A DNA stretch of 64,000 nt from Octopus sinensis (GCF_006345805.1 NC_042997.1:141050001-141114000); one strand, 5' to 3'. Counted from the first letter of the stretch, positions 10,771-24,429 are shown. Numbers and translations: made by a program. The notes: a model not told the origin generated them from the sequence alone.

Positions 10771-11125
10771 TCCAATTAAAATAACTTGTGCTAAAATTTG
10801 AAACCGTTTTAACGTCAAATTCATGTTGCGAAAGACAATAAAGACAGGTATGTATGTGTGGGAAGGAGTTTGGCCTCCCAACTACAGTTGCGGCCAAAAT
10901 GTTCAGAACGGCATTGTTTTCGTCAGAAAAGTAGATATAAGTTTTTATTAAAGTTGTTTTATATTTTATAATTTTCACAGACAATAAATACAATATTAAT
11001 CGTTATTGCATGAGATTTTGGTATAATTTGAGTGGATAATACAAAAGTTATGGATGATATAGTGATTTACTGCAAAACCCATGGCGGCCAAAATGATCAG
11101 AACGGTTGAATAAATAACAAAATAA

Positions 11126-12400
11126 TCAAAAAGTGACAGAGAATGCTGGAATTATTTCATATTTAGTGTGAAGCCCTTTAGCTTCAATCAAAGTTTGACA
11201 TTTTTGACTGCATGGGGAAATTAAATTTTCAATTTCTTGCTGGGTGATCTTATTCCATTCTTCCTGAAGGGCATTCCATAATTGCTCGGTTGTTTTAGGA
11301 TTTCTGGCTTTCAAACGTTCTCCTAGAATATTCCACACATTTTCAATAGGATTGAGGTCTGGGCTTTGAGCAGGCCAATCCATAACAATAACCTTTTCAG
11401 CCTTGAGGAAGTTCATGACCACCTTAGCCTTGTGACATGGGGCATTGTCCTGCATGAATATGGGTGGTCGCTTAGTTGAATTTCTCAGCACAGGCAAGAC
11501 ATGATCTTTTACAAGTTGTTTATAAACTCCTGCATTTACCTTTCCATGTAATCGCACCAAAGGGCCCACAACATCTCCAGATATCATCCCCCAAACCATG
11601 ACATTTCCACCACCGAATTTAACACTAGTCTTAAGGCATTTAGGTGACAACTTTTCACCTGCTTTTCCCATCTGAGCCAAATAACATAAACTTAAGATTC
11701 ATTACTGAAATGCACCGTTTGCCATTTTTCTTGAGACCACAACACATGTTTGGTTGCAAAGGTAAGACGACACTTTTTATTCTTGGAGCTGATCAGTGGC
11801 TTCACTGCAGGTGCTCTTTCTTGTAGGTCATGTTCAACTAAAGGACGAGACACAGTTTTTCGAGATAAAGTTTCCTTCAGTACAATACTCATTTCCCGAA
11901 AAACAGCAGCAGCAGTTTTAAATGTGTCCATTTTAACCCACTTTACCATAGCACGATCTTCTCTCTTGGTCGTTTTTCTTGGCCTACCTGTAGACTTTCT
12001 TGCTTCACACGAACCACAATCATCAATAGAAATTAGAGTCAGCACTGATCTCTATAGAAAAATCTGTAGAAATAACTTTAAAAAAGTTAGCAGTGCTATC
12101 CAATCACTTGGATAGCACTGCTAACAAAGGAGGGACACAGTATTAGCTTATAAGCCTTGAATACAATTGGTCGTATATTATGGTTACATAATGGAATATG
12201 GTGTCCCTACCAGCAGTTAATCATTCAAATAAATATACTTGCCGTAATTGACCACACGACATTATGATTCTTTCCAAGACTAAGAGCCATAAGAATACCG
12301 TGAACAACACTTTTTGACTTGTTAACAATCTTTGCAATAGACCTAATACTTAAATTATCCTTCTTTCGAAGCTTAATAATCTGCTGACGAATTAAAAAAC
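11126..12400 (-). pseudogene. Tc1 DD34E transposase, disrupted
   Basis: HTH IRQQIIKLRKKDNLSIRSIAKIVNKSKSVVHGIL, 264-bp insertion, GRPRKTT, FSNES (first D mutated to N), frameshift at ~11690, QDNAPCH...PDLNPIENVW with 34 residues between D and E. Confidence 0.9.
12026..12289. repeat. 264-bp direct repeat, copy 2, inserted in the transposase
   Basis: Splits the codons for GIL and DDCGS; no TSD visible. Confidence 0.95.
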
Positions 12401-12884
12401 GGAGTAAGTGGTATTATATTAACAAAGTACACTGCAGATATTCTTACTAATGTTTAGTAAACTGTCACGTAAGCAAATTCAAAACATTAGAGTTCGACGG
12501 TTAAATATACTAAAACATGGAGTAAAAGCAACCGTTCTGATCATTTTGGCCGCCATGGGTTTTGCAGTAAATCATTATAACATCCATAACTTTTGTATTA
12601 TCCCCTCAAATTACACCAAAATCTCAGACAATAACAAATAATATCGTATTTATTGTCTGTGAAAATCATAGAATATAAAACAACTTTGATAAAAACTTAT
12701 ACCTATCTTTCTGACGAAAATAGTGCCGTTCTGAACATTTTGGCCGCAACTATACATGCTGCTAGATTCAGCCCCTCTGCGCAGCACTGTGATCAAATGT
12801 CTTCTACAATAGCTTCGGACCGAGCAAAAAATTGTGAGTGGATTTGGTTGACGGAAACTGATAGATGCATGGCTGAAGTCTACT

Positions 12885-13270
12885 AATTGTATTTTATCTT
12901 TTATTATTTCAACCATTAGACTACAGCCATGATTGGGTCACTGCCTTGAAGAATTTTAGTCGAGCAAATTGATCCCTGTACTTAATTTTTATTTTTAAGC
13001 CTAGTATTTATTCTGTCAGTGTCTTTTGCCGAACCGCTAAGTCACAGAGACATAAACACACCAGTACCGGTTGTCAAGCGGTGGTGGGGTACAATAAATA
13101 CAGACACAAAGACATACAGACACATACAACGGGCTTCTTTCAAGCCCCTTCTATCAAATCCACACTTAAGGCTTTGGTCGGCCCGAGGCTATAGTAGAAG
13201 AAACTTGTCGAAGTGCTACGTAGTGAGACTGAACCTGAAACCATATGGTTAGGAAGCAAATTTCTTTGTC
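12885..13270 (-). mobile_element. SINE family 1 copy
   Basis: Collinear with 110-512. Confidence 0.85.
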
Positions 13271-13679
13271 AATCAATCATGGACACTTGGGTCCTCCTTT
13301 ACATGATTCACTCAGCTATCAGAATTATGCTTTCGACGGCAATATCCCACTGTAAATGCTTGTGTGTAAAGCTCTTAATTGTTACTATGAATATTTTAGC
13401 GGTCCCGTTGAGGAAATGAAATATAAGGATTTGACTCACAAATAGAACGAGGAAAAGAAATGGAAGCCAAAAAAATACAAAGAAATAATGTCGGTGCAAG
13501 TTCAGTTGTCGTCTCTCGCAGGCGAGAATGAATTGGAACTTTGTGGTATGCATTCACTAATTGTTTGAGGTTTCTATGTAGTGTCGAACAGATATAGACA
13601 CTTTCTCGTTCCTCTCACTATTTACTCGGTGGAATATCGAGTATATGACTTTGTGACATCTATAGAAAGAAAAGTATAG

Positions 13680-13846
13680 AGACAAAAAGAGAAAGAGAGA
13701 GAGAGAGAGGGGGGAACAGGGAGAAAGAAATATAGAAAAAGAAGTATAGAGGGAGAGGGAGAGAGAAAAGAATCGGAAAAGAGAGAAAGAGAGAGAGAGA
13801 GAAGTATAGGGTGAGAGAGAAAAAGAGAGATAAATAGATAGAAAGA

Positions 13847-13880
<34 letters not shown>
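13680..13880. repeat. GA-rich low-complexity/(GA)n tract
   Basis: Direct reading. Confidence 0.9.
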
Positions 13881-13883
<3 letters not shown>

Positions 13884-13904
13884 GATCAGAGCGAAAGCTG
13901 CACC

Positions 13905-14058
13905 AGTATTCGGTTGGTTTCCCGTTCTAGCAGAGTAGACTGGAGTAACGTGTTGTGAATTGCCTCATTCTACGACACAACACGACGCCCGGCTCAAGAA
14001 TTGAACCCACGATCTTTTCATCGCGAAGCTAACATCCTAGTCACTAGGCCACGTCCTT
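13905..14058 (-). mobile_element. SINE family 3 head/core fragment
   Basis: Reverse complement reads GTGGCCTAGTGACTAGG...GGGTTCAATTC...GTGTTGTGTCG...CTCCAGTC. Confidence 0.65.
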
Positions 14059-14276
14059 TTACAAAGGCAAAACATTTTGAGGGAAAATGAGCAGTTGTTG
14101 GGTTTTGGTTGATACCACTTTAATTTGATGCAAATTAGAGAGATGTCTTATTTAGTCATGCAATCCCAAAATTAGCCGCTTACCATCACATTTGCAATGT
14201 TTAAAGCAATTATCGCATTTACTCTTGTATATGTTGTGCGATTTTATACTTAATTTCAACTGAAAATATTGGGTTG

Positions 14277-14315
<39 letters not shown>

Positions 14316-14496
14316 AAACATAGTTTGAATACGAAGGAAAAATATTTTGCATGATGATTTAACTCTAAATTAGAAATTTGACTTTTTACACTTTTTATAC
14401 GGTAATGGATTACCTGTTTGCATATATATATATATACAAACGCACACATGCCCATTTCCTCATACGCCATTAACAGCAGAGACGTAATCATTTCAC

Positions 14497-14975
14497 TTAT
14501 AAGTGATTACAGGCAAAGCGGTGAGCTTGCAGAATCGTTACTGTGTTGGACGAAACGTTAAGCGGCATTTACGTCTGGCACTTTACGTTCTGAGTTCAAA
14601 TTCCGTCGAGGTCGACTTCATCTTGCAACATTTCAAGTTCGATAAAACGAGTACCAGTCATGTACTGGAAGAGGTGTGTGTGTGTGTGTGTTGGGGGCGA
14701 TGTAATCGACTTCTCTCCCTCCTTGAGCCAATATTTAGAAAAGATAATTACTGATAGAAATGAAGACGACGAGCTAGGAGAACAGTTAACGCGCTGGACA
14801 AAATGCTCAACGGCATTTCTCTCAGCATTACGTTCTGAGATCAAATTTCGCCAAGGTCGTCTTTGCCCATCGCCTTTTCTGGGTTGCTAAAATAGGTATC
14901 AGCCGATCTCTGGGCTCGATGCAGTCGACTAACTCCCTCCCACTAAATTTCAGGTCTTCTGCCTAAAGTAGAAAG
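14497..14975 (+). mobile_element. Two adjacent SINE family 2 copies
   Basis: Heads GAGCT(T)GCAGAATCGTTA at ~14523 and GAGCTAGGAGAACAGTTAAC at ~14771, each followed by the core. Confidence 0.75.
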
Positions 14976-15502
14976 TATAGTTACTCATATTGGTGGACAA
15001 TACCGTCGAGCATGCTGTGTGAAACTGGTTTCGATATTCGATTTCAAATATTCCTCGCTTTTACCTAACTTGCCTCTGAAAAAGGCATAAACATAATTCC
15101 GCCTCACTTCTTTCTCGTGTGCAATTTCCATACTTCATAGAAATGAACTTGGCTTATTTTACAAAATTACAACTGGGACAATTATGAAAATATACAAGCA
15201 AGCAAATAACGCAAATTAAAATATTTTCCTCAATACTGTTTCGAAATTTAACACAGTAATAGAATTTAAAAAAAAAAAAAAGGGAGGATAATGCAAATCA
15301 ATGAGCTAGAAAAATAAGATTAGTTCTTTTTTTTTTCTTCTTTCACGACTGAAATTTCCATCAGAAGACACCAACCGTTGATCTTAATACATTTTCCATT
15401 TCTCTCTTCTTTTAACTTTATATTCATTCTTCCATTATAAAAAAACAAAACAAAAGAACTTTACAATTCTTTCTGTTTGTCTATGCGTCTCCCTGCCTTT
15501 CG

Positions 15503-15523
15503 GTATATATATATACATATATA

Positions 15524-15558
<35 letters not shown>

Positions 15559-15565
15559 CATACAT

Positions 15566-15620
<55 letters not shown>

Positions 15621-15650
15621 CACACACATATACACACTCACACACATGCA
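15503..15650. repeat. (TA)n/(CA)n compound microsatellite
   Basis: Direct reading. Confidence 0.95.
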
Positions 15651-16369
15651 TCCCCACCTCTCTCTCCCTCTGCCTCTGTTTCTCTATTATTGTGCATTTT
15701 CTGTTTTAGACCTACTTAGTTGTCTAGCTACGTGTCAACTTCAATTTGTATTTTAATTTCATATTTTCTTAGACTCTATCTATTTATTTTTCAATAACTT
15801 ATCGAATTTCTGTCAGTTTTCATAGTGTATATTTTTCAGCTAATTGTCAATTGAAGGTTGGCAAAACAATTCAATTTCGCCAACATTATATACCACACAC
15901 AGTGAATAATGCTAAAGCTGTAATAATATATTTCGCCTAAAATTAGCCACAGCTATTAAATTGGCTATAGAAATAGGGACATACGTGATTGATCTTTCTG
16001 TATATTGTATAAAATACATGTTGCTGTTGCATGAGATTAGATTTTATTCTCTCAACCAGATATTAATAGAGAAATAAACAGACAAACAATATGCAAAGTG
16101 AATATTTTAGTAAAATGCTAACATCAGCCGAGCGGAGAGTGATGAGCGAATGAATATTTTTACAGTTTAAATAGCTTTAATTTCTTCTTTTGATATGCAC
16201 AAAGCTATTATTGTGTAAGAGTGAGAAACGAATTGAATGTGTGACGTTTACAACTCCCAGTGTTTACAAACTGTGAAAGTCAATAATTTCTTACACTGAC
16301 CATAAATAATGTCACCAATCTGTACTGGAGTCAATGGACTCAGATTAATGACATACACAATACAAAACT

Positions 16370-16825
16370 AGGAGCAGGCTGTTGTTAAGAAGCTGGCTTT
16401 GAAACCGTGCGGTTTCAGGTTTTCGTCCCAGTGCGCAGCACCTTGGGTGGATGTTTTTTACTAAAATCCACGGTTGACAATTGTTTTGCAAGTGAATTTG
16501 GTGGAAGAAATCTGTAAGTTAATCGTATCTATATTTATACTCCTTTGTGTGTATGTATGTGTGTGTGTGGTGTGTGTGTGTGTGTGAGTGTGTGTGTGTG
16601 TGTGCGTGTGTTCATGCGCGCGCGTACCTTTGTGTTTGTCCTGCCTACCGCCTGGCAATTGGTAACTTAGCGGTTCGGCAAAACTGTCCAACAGGATAAA
16701 TACCAGACTTAAGAAAACATAATTACTAGGGTTGATTTGTCCGGCTACACCCTTCAAGGCGGTGCCCCAGCCATGACCGCTGTCCAATGACTGAAAGAAG
16801 TTAAGTGAAACAAAAGAAATGAACA
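16370..16825 (+). mobile_element. SINE family 1 copy
   Basis: Head, (TG)n middle, AACTTAGCGGTTCGGCAAAA and tail AATGACTGAAAG. Confidence 0.8.
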
Positions 16826-17059
16826 CAAACAAGTGTTTCTATGACATCCGATGAGAAATAAGGAAAAGAACACAAAATAGACACAATCAACCTGAGATTT
16901 TCAAATCTTAGAGAAAGATTTAAAACAATTCGTTGGAATGCGTTTAGCCTGGCATCGTACAGTATTTCTCACTCTCTACTCAGTTGAACAGATGAAAAGA
17001 AATAAACAAGCGAAAACAAAAAACAAATTATTATTCTTCTACGTAATGCACGGTTTTAA

Positions 17060-17377
17060 CCTCTTAACATTCACGTACCTTTCGATTTCCATACAAAAAA
17101 TATGATATTCTTTTTATCATTTATTTTAAATCTGTATGTAAGGAAGAATAAATACACAAAATATTTTGGATCAGTTATGATCTATTATGAAATTACTGAC
17201 AGAAACGATAGTTACTGAAAGTTAATGATAGAAAAGGAGAATAATGTCACGCACGAAGTATTTCGCGTTAGAAATAAGTGACAGATACTTCAGAGTACAG
17301 TGAAAGTATATTTTTGTTCAAATATGTATTTACCAGACATCTCTGAACAACAATGCACGGGATAATATGTTAAGAGG
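17060..17377. mobile_element. piggyBac-type MITE (318 bp)
   Basis: Perfect 11-bp TIR CCTCTTAACAT/ATGTTAAGAGG with TTAA on both sides (17056-17059, 17378-17381). Confidence 0.8.
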
Positions 17378-17584
17378 TTAATGCAACGCGTTTTCTTATT
17401 TTAGTCTTTATGAGAACTCTGCAGTGAGTGACACTTACAGTAGAAACAGTTGTAAGCTAATGTCAATGATTGCGTATTGCGTATGTCTTGTTCTTTCATC
17501 ACTAACCGTCATTAGGCTGTGTAGGGATCTGAAGTTCTATCACCTGGTTGTCATTATCGCTATGCCTAAGCAGTCTTATAACAT

Positions 17585-17586
<2 letters not shown>

Positions 17587-17650
<64 letters not shown>

Positions 17651-17652
17651 AT

Positions 17653-17689
<37 letters not shown>

Positions 17690-17836
17690 TTGATTGTTAC
17701 ATACACACATGTAGTAAGTGAGAAGGGATCAGATAATCAAGGACAGCACTCCTGCGAGTGGGTTTTATCTGGAATTATACGAAGGAGAATTTATCTAGTA
17801 GAAACATTCATGTGTGTTTCTGTGCATGTGTGTGTA

Positions 17837-17880
<44 letters not shown>

Positions 17881-17900
17881 TGTGTGTGTGTCTCAGTGTG
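17587..17900. repeat. (CA)n and (TG)n tracts in opposite orientation
   Basis: 17587-17690 (CA)n; 17805-17900 (TG)n. Confidence 0.95.
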
Positions 17901-18010
17901 TGTACAAGTATGTACTTAGAATAATTTTTTGAAGGACAAGAGAAGTCAAATTAATGTTATGTTTCAATGCACGGCCACGGCCACTGGTTTCGTATTACAT
18001 ACAATAATTA

Positions 18011-20389
18011 CTCTGAGCAGCAAAGACTTTGCTACTGGGGTAAAAGTATGTGTTTTAGACTAAATCGAGGAAGTTGATTCCGAATCCGCACTCAGAATTA
18101 TTCTAACATGTCAGGATTTTGTGTTATGAGCATGTGCAAGATTATAATTATACTTTCGGTTAGATATCGACCGTATTATAAAATCTGTTAAAATGAAAGC
18201 TGTCTTCATTTAAAATTAAAGAAATGTCAGCAACATAACAAACGATAAGAAAGTTCATTATTTAGCTTAGCAATAGATGGCGCTGACGTATTATGTGCAA
18301 GCGCCAAATACATCAGTTTGTTCTTGGTAACTCTCAGTGTCGTTTCCACTGCCATCACGTGTAGTATGTGTATCTCTCGCTCCGCGTGATTACTGTTTTA
18401 ACTGTGTTCATTGTGTTAGATTATGAATAGGAGAGGCTGTGTGAATCACTCAGACAACTTTTGTTATGTCTGTGGAAAATTTGCTTCGTGTGACCAGCGG
18501 AAGAACATTGCCACAATATTAAAAACTGCCTCTAAATATTATTTCGGGTGTAATGTTGGGGACCAAGACAAGAGTTGGACACTTCAGATATGCTGCACCG
18601 TGTGTTACTCAGGGCTTACACAGTGGCTGAATGGAAAACGGAAAGGTATGGCGTGAGCCAACTAATCATGTCTCTGTTACTATTGCATAACTAATATTAG
18701 TGGTTTCTCAAAGAAAACCAAAGCAAAAATTATGTATGCAGAGTATATGTCGGCTCTAAAACCGGTTCCACATGACTTCGAGAACCCTGTCCCAGTTTCC
18801 CTCTCACATGATTCATTTGAAGACCTTGACACGTCGCACGATGAACACCTTGATTCTCCTATCCACGAAGAGTACGTAGTTGATTCTATGAAAAATGAGC
18901 CGCGCTTGTTTAATCAAGAAGATTTGAACGATTTAGTAAGAGACCAAGCGTTGTCAAAGGAGAAGGCAGAAGTTTTGGGATCCAGACTACAGCAACGGAA
19001 TCTCCTAATGCAAGGTACGAAAATGGCCATTTTCCTTTCCTGCCATGTGGGCTTATCTATCTTTTTCAAGTAAGAAAATAATGCTTGTTTCTGTACTGAT
19101 GTTAATGCACTCATGCAAAAACTAGGACACGTGCATGTGGCTAACGAATGGAGATTGTTTATAGACTCGAGTAAGGTTAGCGTCAAAGCTGTATTGTTGC
19201 ATAATGGTAATGTAAACCCTTCCATTCCTGTGGGTCATGTTGTCGGTATGGAAGAAACTTAAGAATCGATGGAAGTCATTCTGAAAAGAGTTAATTACTC
19301 AGTTCATAAGTGGAATATTTGTGGTGATTTAAAGGTGATTTCCATCCTCCTAGGACTGCAGCTGGGATATACCAAAAATATGTGCTTCTTGTGTGTTTGG
19401 AACAACCGCAACGACAGCAATCATTACATTGTAAAAGACTGGCCTAAAAGAGATGAGCATATAGTTGGTCGGTACAATGTGCAGCATATGCCACTGGTAG
19501 ACCTGCAAAATGTCTTCTTTTCAACCTTCACATCATACTCGACCTCATAAAAAACTTCTGAAAAGCAATGACGCACGATGGTTGTGGTTTTCAGTACCTA
19601 AAATTAAGATTTAGTGATGAGAAAAGTGACGCAAAACTGAAAGCAGGGATTTTCCTTAAACCCGAGATCAAAGAATTGATGTCTGCTAGAAAATTCAGAG
19701 GTAAACTGAATCAAGTTGAGATGACGGCATGGAATTCCTTCGTGTTAGTTGTACAGATCTTTCTTGGAAATTATAGAGCTGAAAACTCTGCTGATTTAAT
19801 GAACGACATGCTAACAGCGTATGAAAGAATGAGATACCGAATGTCTCTTAAAATGAACTTCTTGCAATCTCATCTCGATTTATTTCCAACGAATCTTGGT
19901 GCAGTTAGTGATTAGCATGGTGAGAGGTTCCACCAGGACATATTTGAGATGAAAACGATATATTAAGGCCAGTTCAATCCACACATGATGGAGTGACTAC
20001 TGCTGGTTCCTACAACGAGAGACTAGCACGGTGTATAAACACAAGAGCAAGTGTCCCAAACATTTTTGAGCTGAGCGTATCAAAAATAAAGACAGTATTC
20101 CCTTAACATAAATATACTAAATATACTATGTACCATTAAATTATAATATTATTTCCCTTGAACATAAATATACTATATACAGTACTAATATACTACTATA
20201 ATTATTTACCTTGAACTTAACTATTCCTGATACTAATATAGTATTAATATATAATTATGTGCATAACTCAAAATCCTGACGTGCTACAACAATTCCGAGT
20301 TTTGATTGGGAATCAGCGTACCTGATTTAGTTTAGTACAGCACTATTTGCCTGGGTAGCAGACAATAATTTTTTTGCTGTTGCCCAGTG
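18011..20389 (+). mobile_element. DNA transposon with diverged ~110-bp TIRs and 3-bp TTA TSD (tentatively Tc4/m44-like)
   Basis: Termini CTCTGAGCAGCA... and ...TGTTGCCCAGTG, shared inner CGTCAGGATTTT/TGTCAGGATTTT, TTA at 18008-18010 and 20390-20392. The superfamily name is from recall and uncertain. Confidence 0.7.
18423..20070 (+). pseudogene. Transposase pseudogene with N-terminal Cys-rich zinc-binding region and putative DDE core
   Basis: CVNHSDNFCYVCG...YFGCNVGDQDKSW...CTVC; FIDSSK; ICGDLKV; SDAKLKAGIF; SHLDLFPTNLGAVSD*HGERFHQD. Multiple stops and frameshifts. Confidence 0.8.
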
Positions 20390-21437
20390 TTATATAATGT
20401 TATGTATTAAATCTAGAGGCAATTAACTTCGTCAGACATTCTTATTTTGACTCAGAACTGCATATAAACGCGTAAAATCGACTTCCTATATGCAGTACTT
20501 TATGAGATACTAGAAGATACATTCTGGCTGCAGCGAAAGGAAATAGCTTTAACCTGATATTTGAAACTGCACCGATAAAGTTATTATATGTTTGTTGAAT
20601 GCTTGTCACGAGAGAAGTTTGCATTAAAGCTGAAATTTAATAACAAAAATATTAAATATTTAAGAAATAGTAATAATAATAATAATAATAAATTTGCTAT
20701 GAATCTCTCGAGTATCTTTTTTTTTTTTTGTCTATGCTGATTGTAAATTTTAGTTTACTTGTCTTCGACAACATGAACAACAACCACAATCAGATCAGCA
20801 ACTATAACTATAGCAATATCTACACTGAAATTGTTTCCAAACATATTTTATTTTAAATACAGAATTTTTCAATGATTAAAAATAACATTTTAAAGAGATT
20901 TAATATATTTCTATTTTTATAAACTGATTTATGGAAATAGTCACTTAAGTAACCCAATCGCTTTTACGTAGCATTCAGTTAAAATGTACAAGACAGCAAT
21001 GTCTCAGCGTGTATCAACATACGCATATGCACGAATGTATGTGAGTGTGTGTGTACGAGTAAGTGTGCATGTGAATGTATGCATGTATGTGTGTGTGCGT
21101 TCGCGCGCGCGCGCCTGTGTGTCTATGTGTTTGTGTGTGGAGAGCAAATCAGAGGATCAGTCATCACAATTTCCAATAGCATTGAAAATAAATAGTACAG
21201 ACAGAAGATCTTCAAGTAGCAGGATGTTTACTTGCGGAAGGCGGCGGAAAATTCAACGTGCAATGTTTAATAAATGTCCTTAATTCAATTTTGATGCATA
21301 AATGCATAAATCTTCGTGACATTCTTTTCATTGTGTCAAAGATTTCTACTATGTCTTCCATTTCCTTCCATAATGGAACGTATTATAAGCGTAACGCTCG
21401 AACACATGTCGTAACAAGCAGAGTAATATTATATAGA

Positions 21438-21855
21438 TTACTCTTTTATTCTTTTACTTGTTTCAGTCATTTAACTGTGGCCAGGCTGGAGCACTGCCTT
21501 TAGTCGAGCAAATCGGCCCCAGGAATTATTCTTTGTAAGCCTAGTACTTATTCTATCGGTCTCTTTTGCCGAACTGCCAAGTTACGGGGACGCAAACACA
21601 CCAGCATCGATTGTCAAGTGATGTTGTGGGGACAAACACAGACGCACAAACATATACACACGCATATATATATATATATATATACATATATACGACGGGT
21701 TTCTTTTAGTTTCTATCTACCAAATCCACTCACAAGGCTTTGTTCAGCCGGAGTTTAAAGTAGAAGACACTTGCCCATGGTGTCACGCAGTGGGAATGAA
21801 CCCGAAATCATGTGGTTCGTAAGCAAGCTACTTACCACACAGCCACTCCTACGAA
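21438..21855 (-). mobile_element. SINE family 1 copy
   Basis: Collinear with 110-512. Confidence 0.88.
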
Positions 21856-22069
21856 TAAGCGACTGAACTTTGGACAAAGTGCCTTCAGTAATTTAGATAT
21901 AAATTCCAATCCCGGTGAGGCAATATTTGTGTTTTGTTTACTAACAAAAGAAAGCACACGACTGAGACTCTGGAGGTTGACTAAATGGGTTATATTCATC
22001 ATCGAAATTTGTAATTTTATGCAAATATAAAAAAAATCATTATTACTGAAAGGGTGAGGATAGATCTTT

Positions 22070-22260
22070 TGTTGTTGTTGTTGTTTAGCGCCTGGTCAAC
22101 TCAAAGGCATTCCAGTAGGGTTTGTGGATCTGTAATTCTAAATGTATAGTTCCACTATATAAGATGGTGGGCTGTAGCTTGTGTGAAAATTGGCTGGTAT
22201 TTCTAGCCGGTCGAAACGTATCTACTGCAGTAGATTTAAGGAAACGGTAGAGCACCAGCC
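22070..22260 (-). mobile_element. Probable retroposon 3' end with (AAC)n tail
   Basis: (GTT)n followed by a unique body; weak similarity to 8700-8870. Confidence 0.35.
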
Positions 22261-22429
22261 AAAGTTGTACAACATATATTGAACAAGCTTTTCCCCTCCG
22301 ACGTGATCAGCAGCTGTACAAAAATGTTATGAAGGTCCTGCTTCCCAATGCGATATGACTTGATAATAATTAACTACTCGATATCCGTAGGATATCAAAT
22401 GGTTAAAGGAATATATACACCTCTCATAC

Positions 22430-22730
22430 CTCCTAACTTTTTATATTAGAAAGAAAGGAAGATGCATACAAATATGATAGACATATATTAGTTGAAGGAA
22501 TCCTGGAAAAGAGGAATGTTGGCACTTACTACTAACTCGGAGGAATCCCAACCGTATTTCGTGGTCTGCTACCACAATAGCTCGTTTATAGGATCCAGCT
22601 AGCTCAAGACATCATCAGGAGGAACCACATCCGGTTTCGGCCCCTACTCCTCTACCGTTTTGACGAGCCCCCCCCCCCTTTCGGCTGTACACGTAATTCC
22701 TGAAACGTATACAATTTAACAGAAACAAAC
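22430..22730 (-). mobile_element. Penelope pLTR-like fragment with a degenerate hammerhead motif
   Basis: Minus strand: CTGATGA (22618-22612) ...51 nt... GAAA (22560-22557) TACGG TT. Confidence 0.4.
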
Positions 22731-23729
22731 TCAAAATCTAGAGTTCAGTGATTGGAAGAAAATTATTTTAAACGTCCCTTTTCTATGCATTAATTAGCTT
22801 TTTAATTCAGAAATCTAAAACTATCTTTAATATTTCTGCTGGTGTCCAGCCCTCACTATCTCTCGTTGGATAAAAATCAGCTTGCTGACCTTGACCTTTG
22901 TTACTGCGTCTGTCTTTCCAGTTCAGTCATTTACCCCGTCCATTAGCTGAAGTTAACAAAAACTGCTATAATGTCGACATGTGGAATATTCTATATGAAT
23001 CCATATGAAAAGCAATGGTTTCCTATGAGAAATATTGAAGACAGCCTTGTTTGAATAACTTAAAACGTTCTATTTAAACTGAACGTTACGATCTGCCAGT
23101 ACAATGTCCTGAACAGCTGTAATTGAATGGCTGGTTTTGTGTTGCTGACACAAATTATTGAAACTGAAGCGTCAAGTACCGACCGTTAATACAGCTAGCC
23201 ATTCTTTAACTACAAAAGCACATACTTCAAAACATAAGGCTGCGCGTTAGATCTGCTAATCAGATGTCATTTAAATAAACATATATTTGAAATCTCTTCA
23301 GCAAGCGTTGCATGTAATTACACGTAGGAATAAAGTTAGATTTCTATAGAAATTTTAAAAATAAACGAATCACTACGATGTTACATTAGCAAAAACATAA
23401 TTGCAGATATTTTTATTCAGAAATTTCTTTTGAATATATTTTCCTGAACAACAGTTATGAATATATCAGTTAAGTTTAAAGGTTTTAATCAAAACGTACT
23501 TTTCTACGGTGTGATTAAAACACACACATGCTCAAACACGCGTGCGCGTACGCACGCTCACACACGGCTGTACACGCATCTCCTCACGCATATATACACA
23601 TTCTGAAACGTATGCAATTATAGATTGGAAATAAGCATTCCTGCATCAGTAAACAATCATAGACTTCGAAATTTTACTTCGGAAAACTCAAAAAACACAT
23701 ACATAAATATGTTACACATACACGCAGGC

Positions 23730-24010
<281 letters not shown>

Positions 24011-24429
24011 TGTGCTTATATGAATCTGTCTATCTATATATACATATACACATGTGAGTATGAATATATGTATGTATGTTTGTATGTATACAGACATACA
24101 GTCGCTCATACACATAACCGTTTTTATGCATATATAGTTATCAATAGACAACTGCAAAGATAAACAGATTTATAGATTTATATAAGCGCTACATATCTAT
24201 AGATAAATACCTTTGATGCTATACAGATAAGCAAACTCATATAGTTGTTATATAGATAGACACACAACGACAAACATTAACGAGTAACAATATATCGAGC
24301 CAATAAGAAAGCTTCTTCGTAGTCGATTCATTGAGCATTTAGAAATAGTAGCCAGATCTCCATCGTATACCGTTGTCCTGCCTTAAAAATGAATATTGCT
24401 TTAAATAACTTATAGCTGAAAAAAAAAGA

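Larger units (their letters stand above)
10885..12752 (-). mobile_element. Tc1-family DNA transposon with ~224-bp IR/DR TIRs and TA TSD
   Basis: TIRs at 10885-11108 and 12529-12752, each carrying the inner and outer direct repeat CGGCCAAAATG(T/A)TCAGAACGG. TA flanks at 10883-10884 and 12753-12754. Confidence 0.92.

Noticed and set aside
10343-12289. 264-bp direct repeats as LTRs of an LTR element
   Set aside because: No TG...CA ends, PBS, PPT or TSD; the enclosed DNA is part of a TIR-bounded Tc1 that extends past the second repeat.
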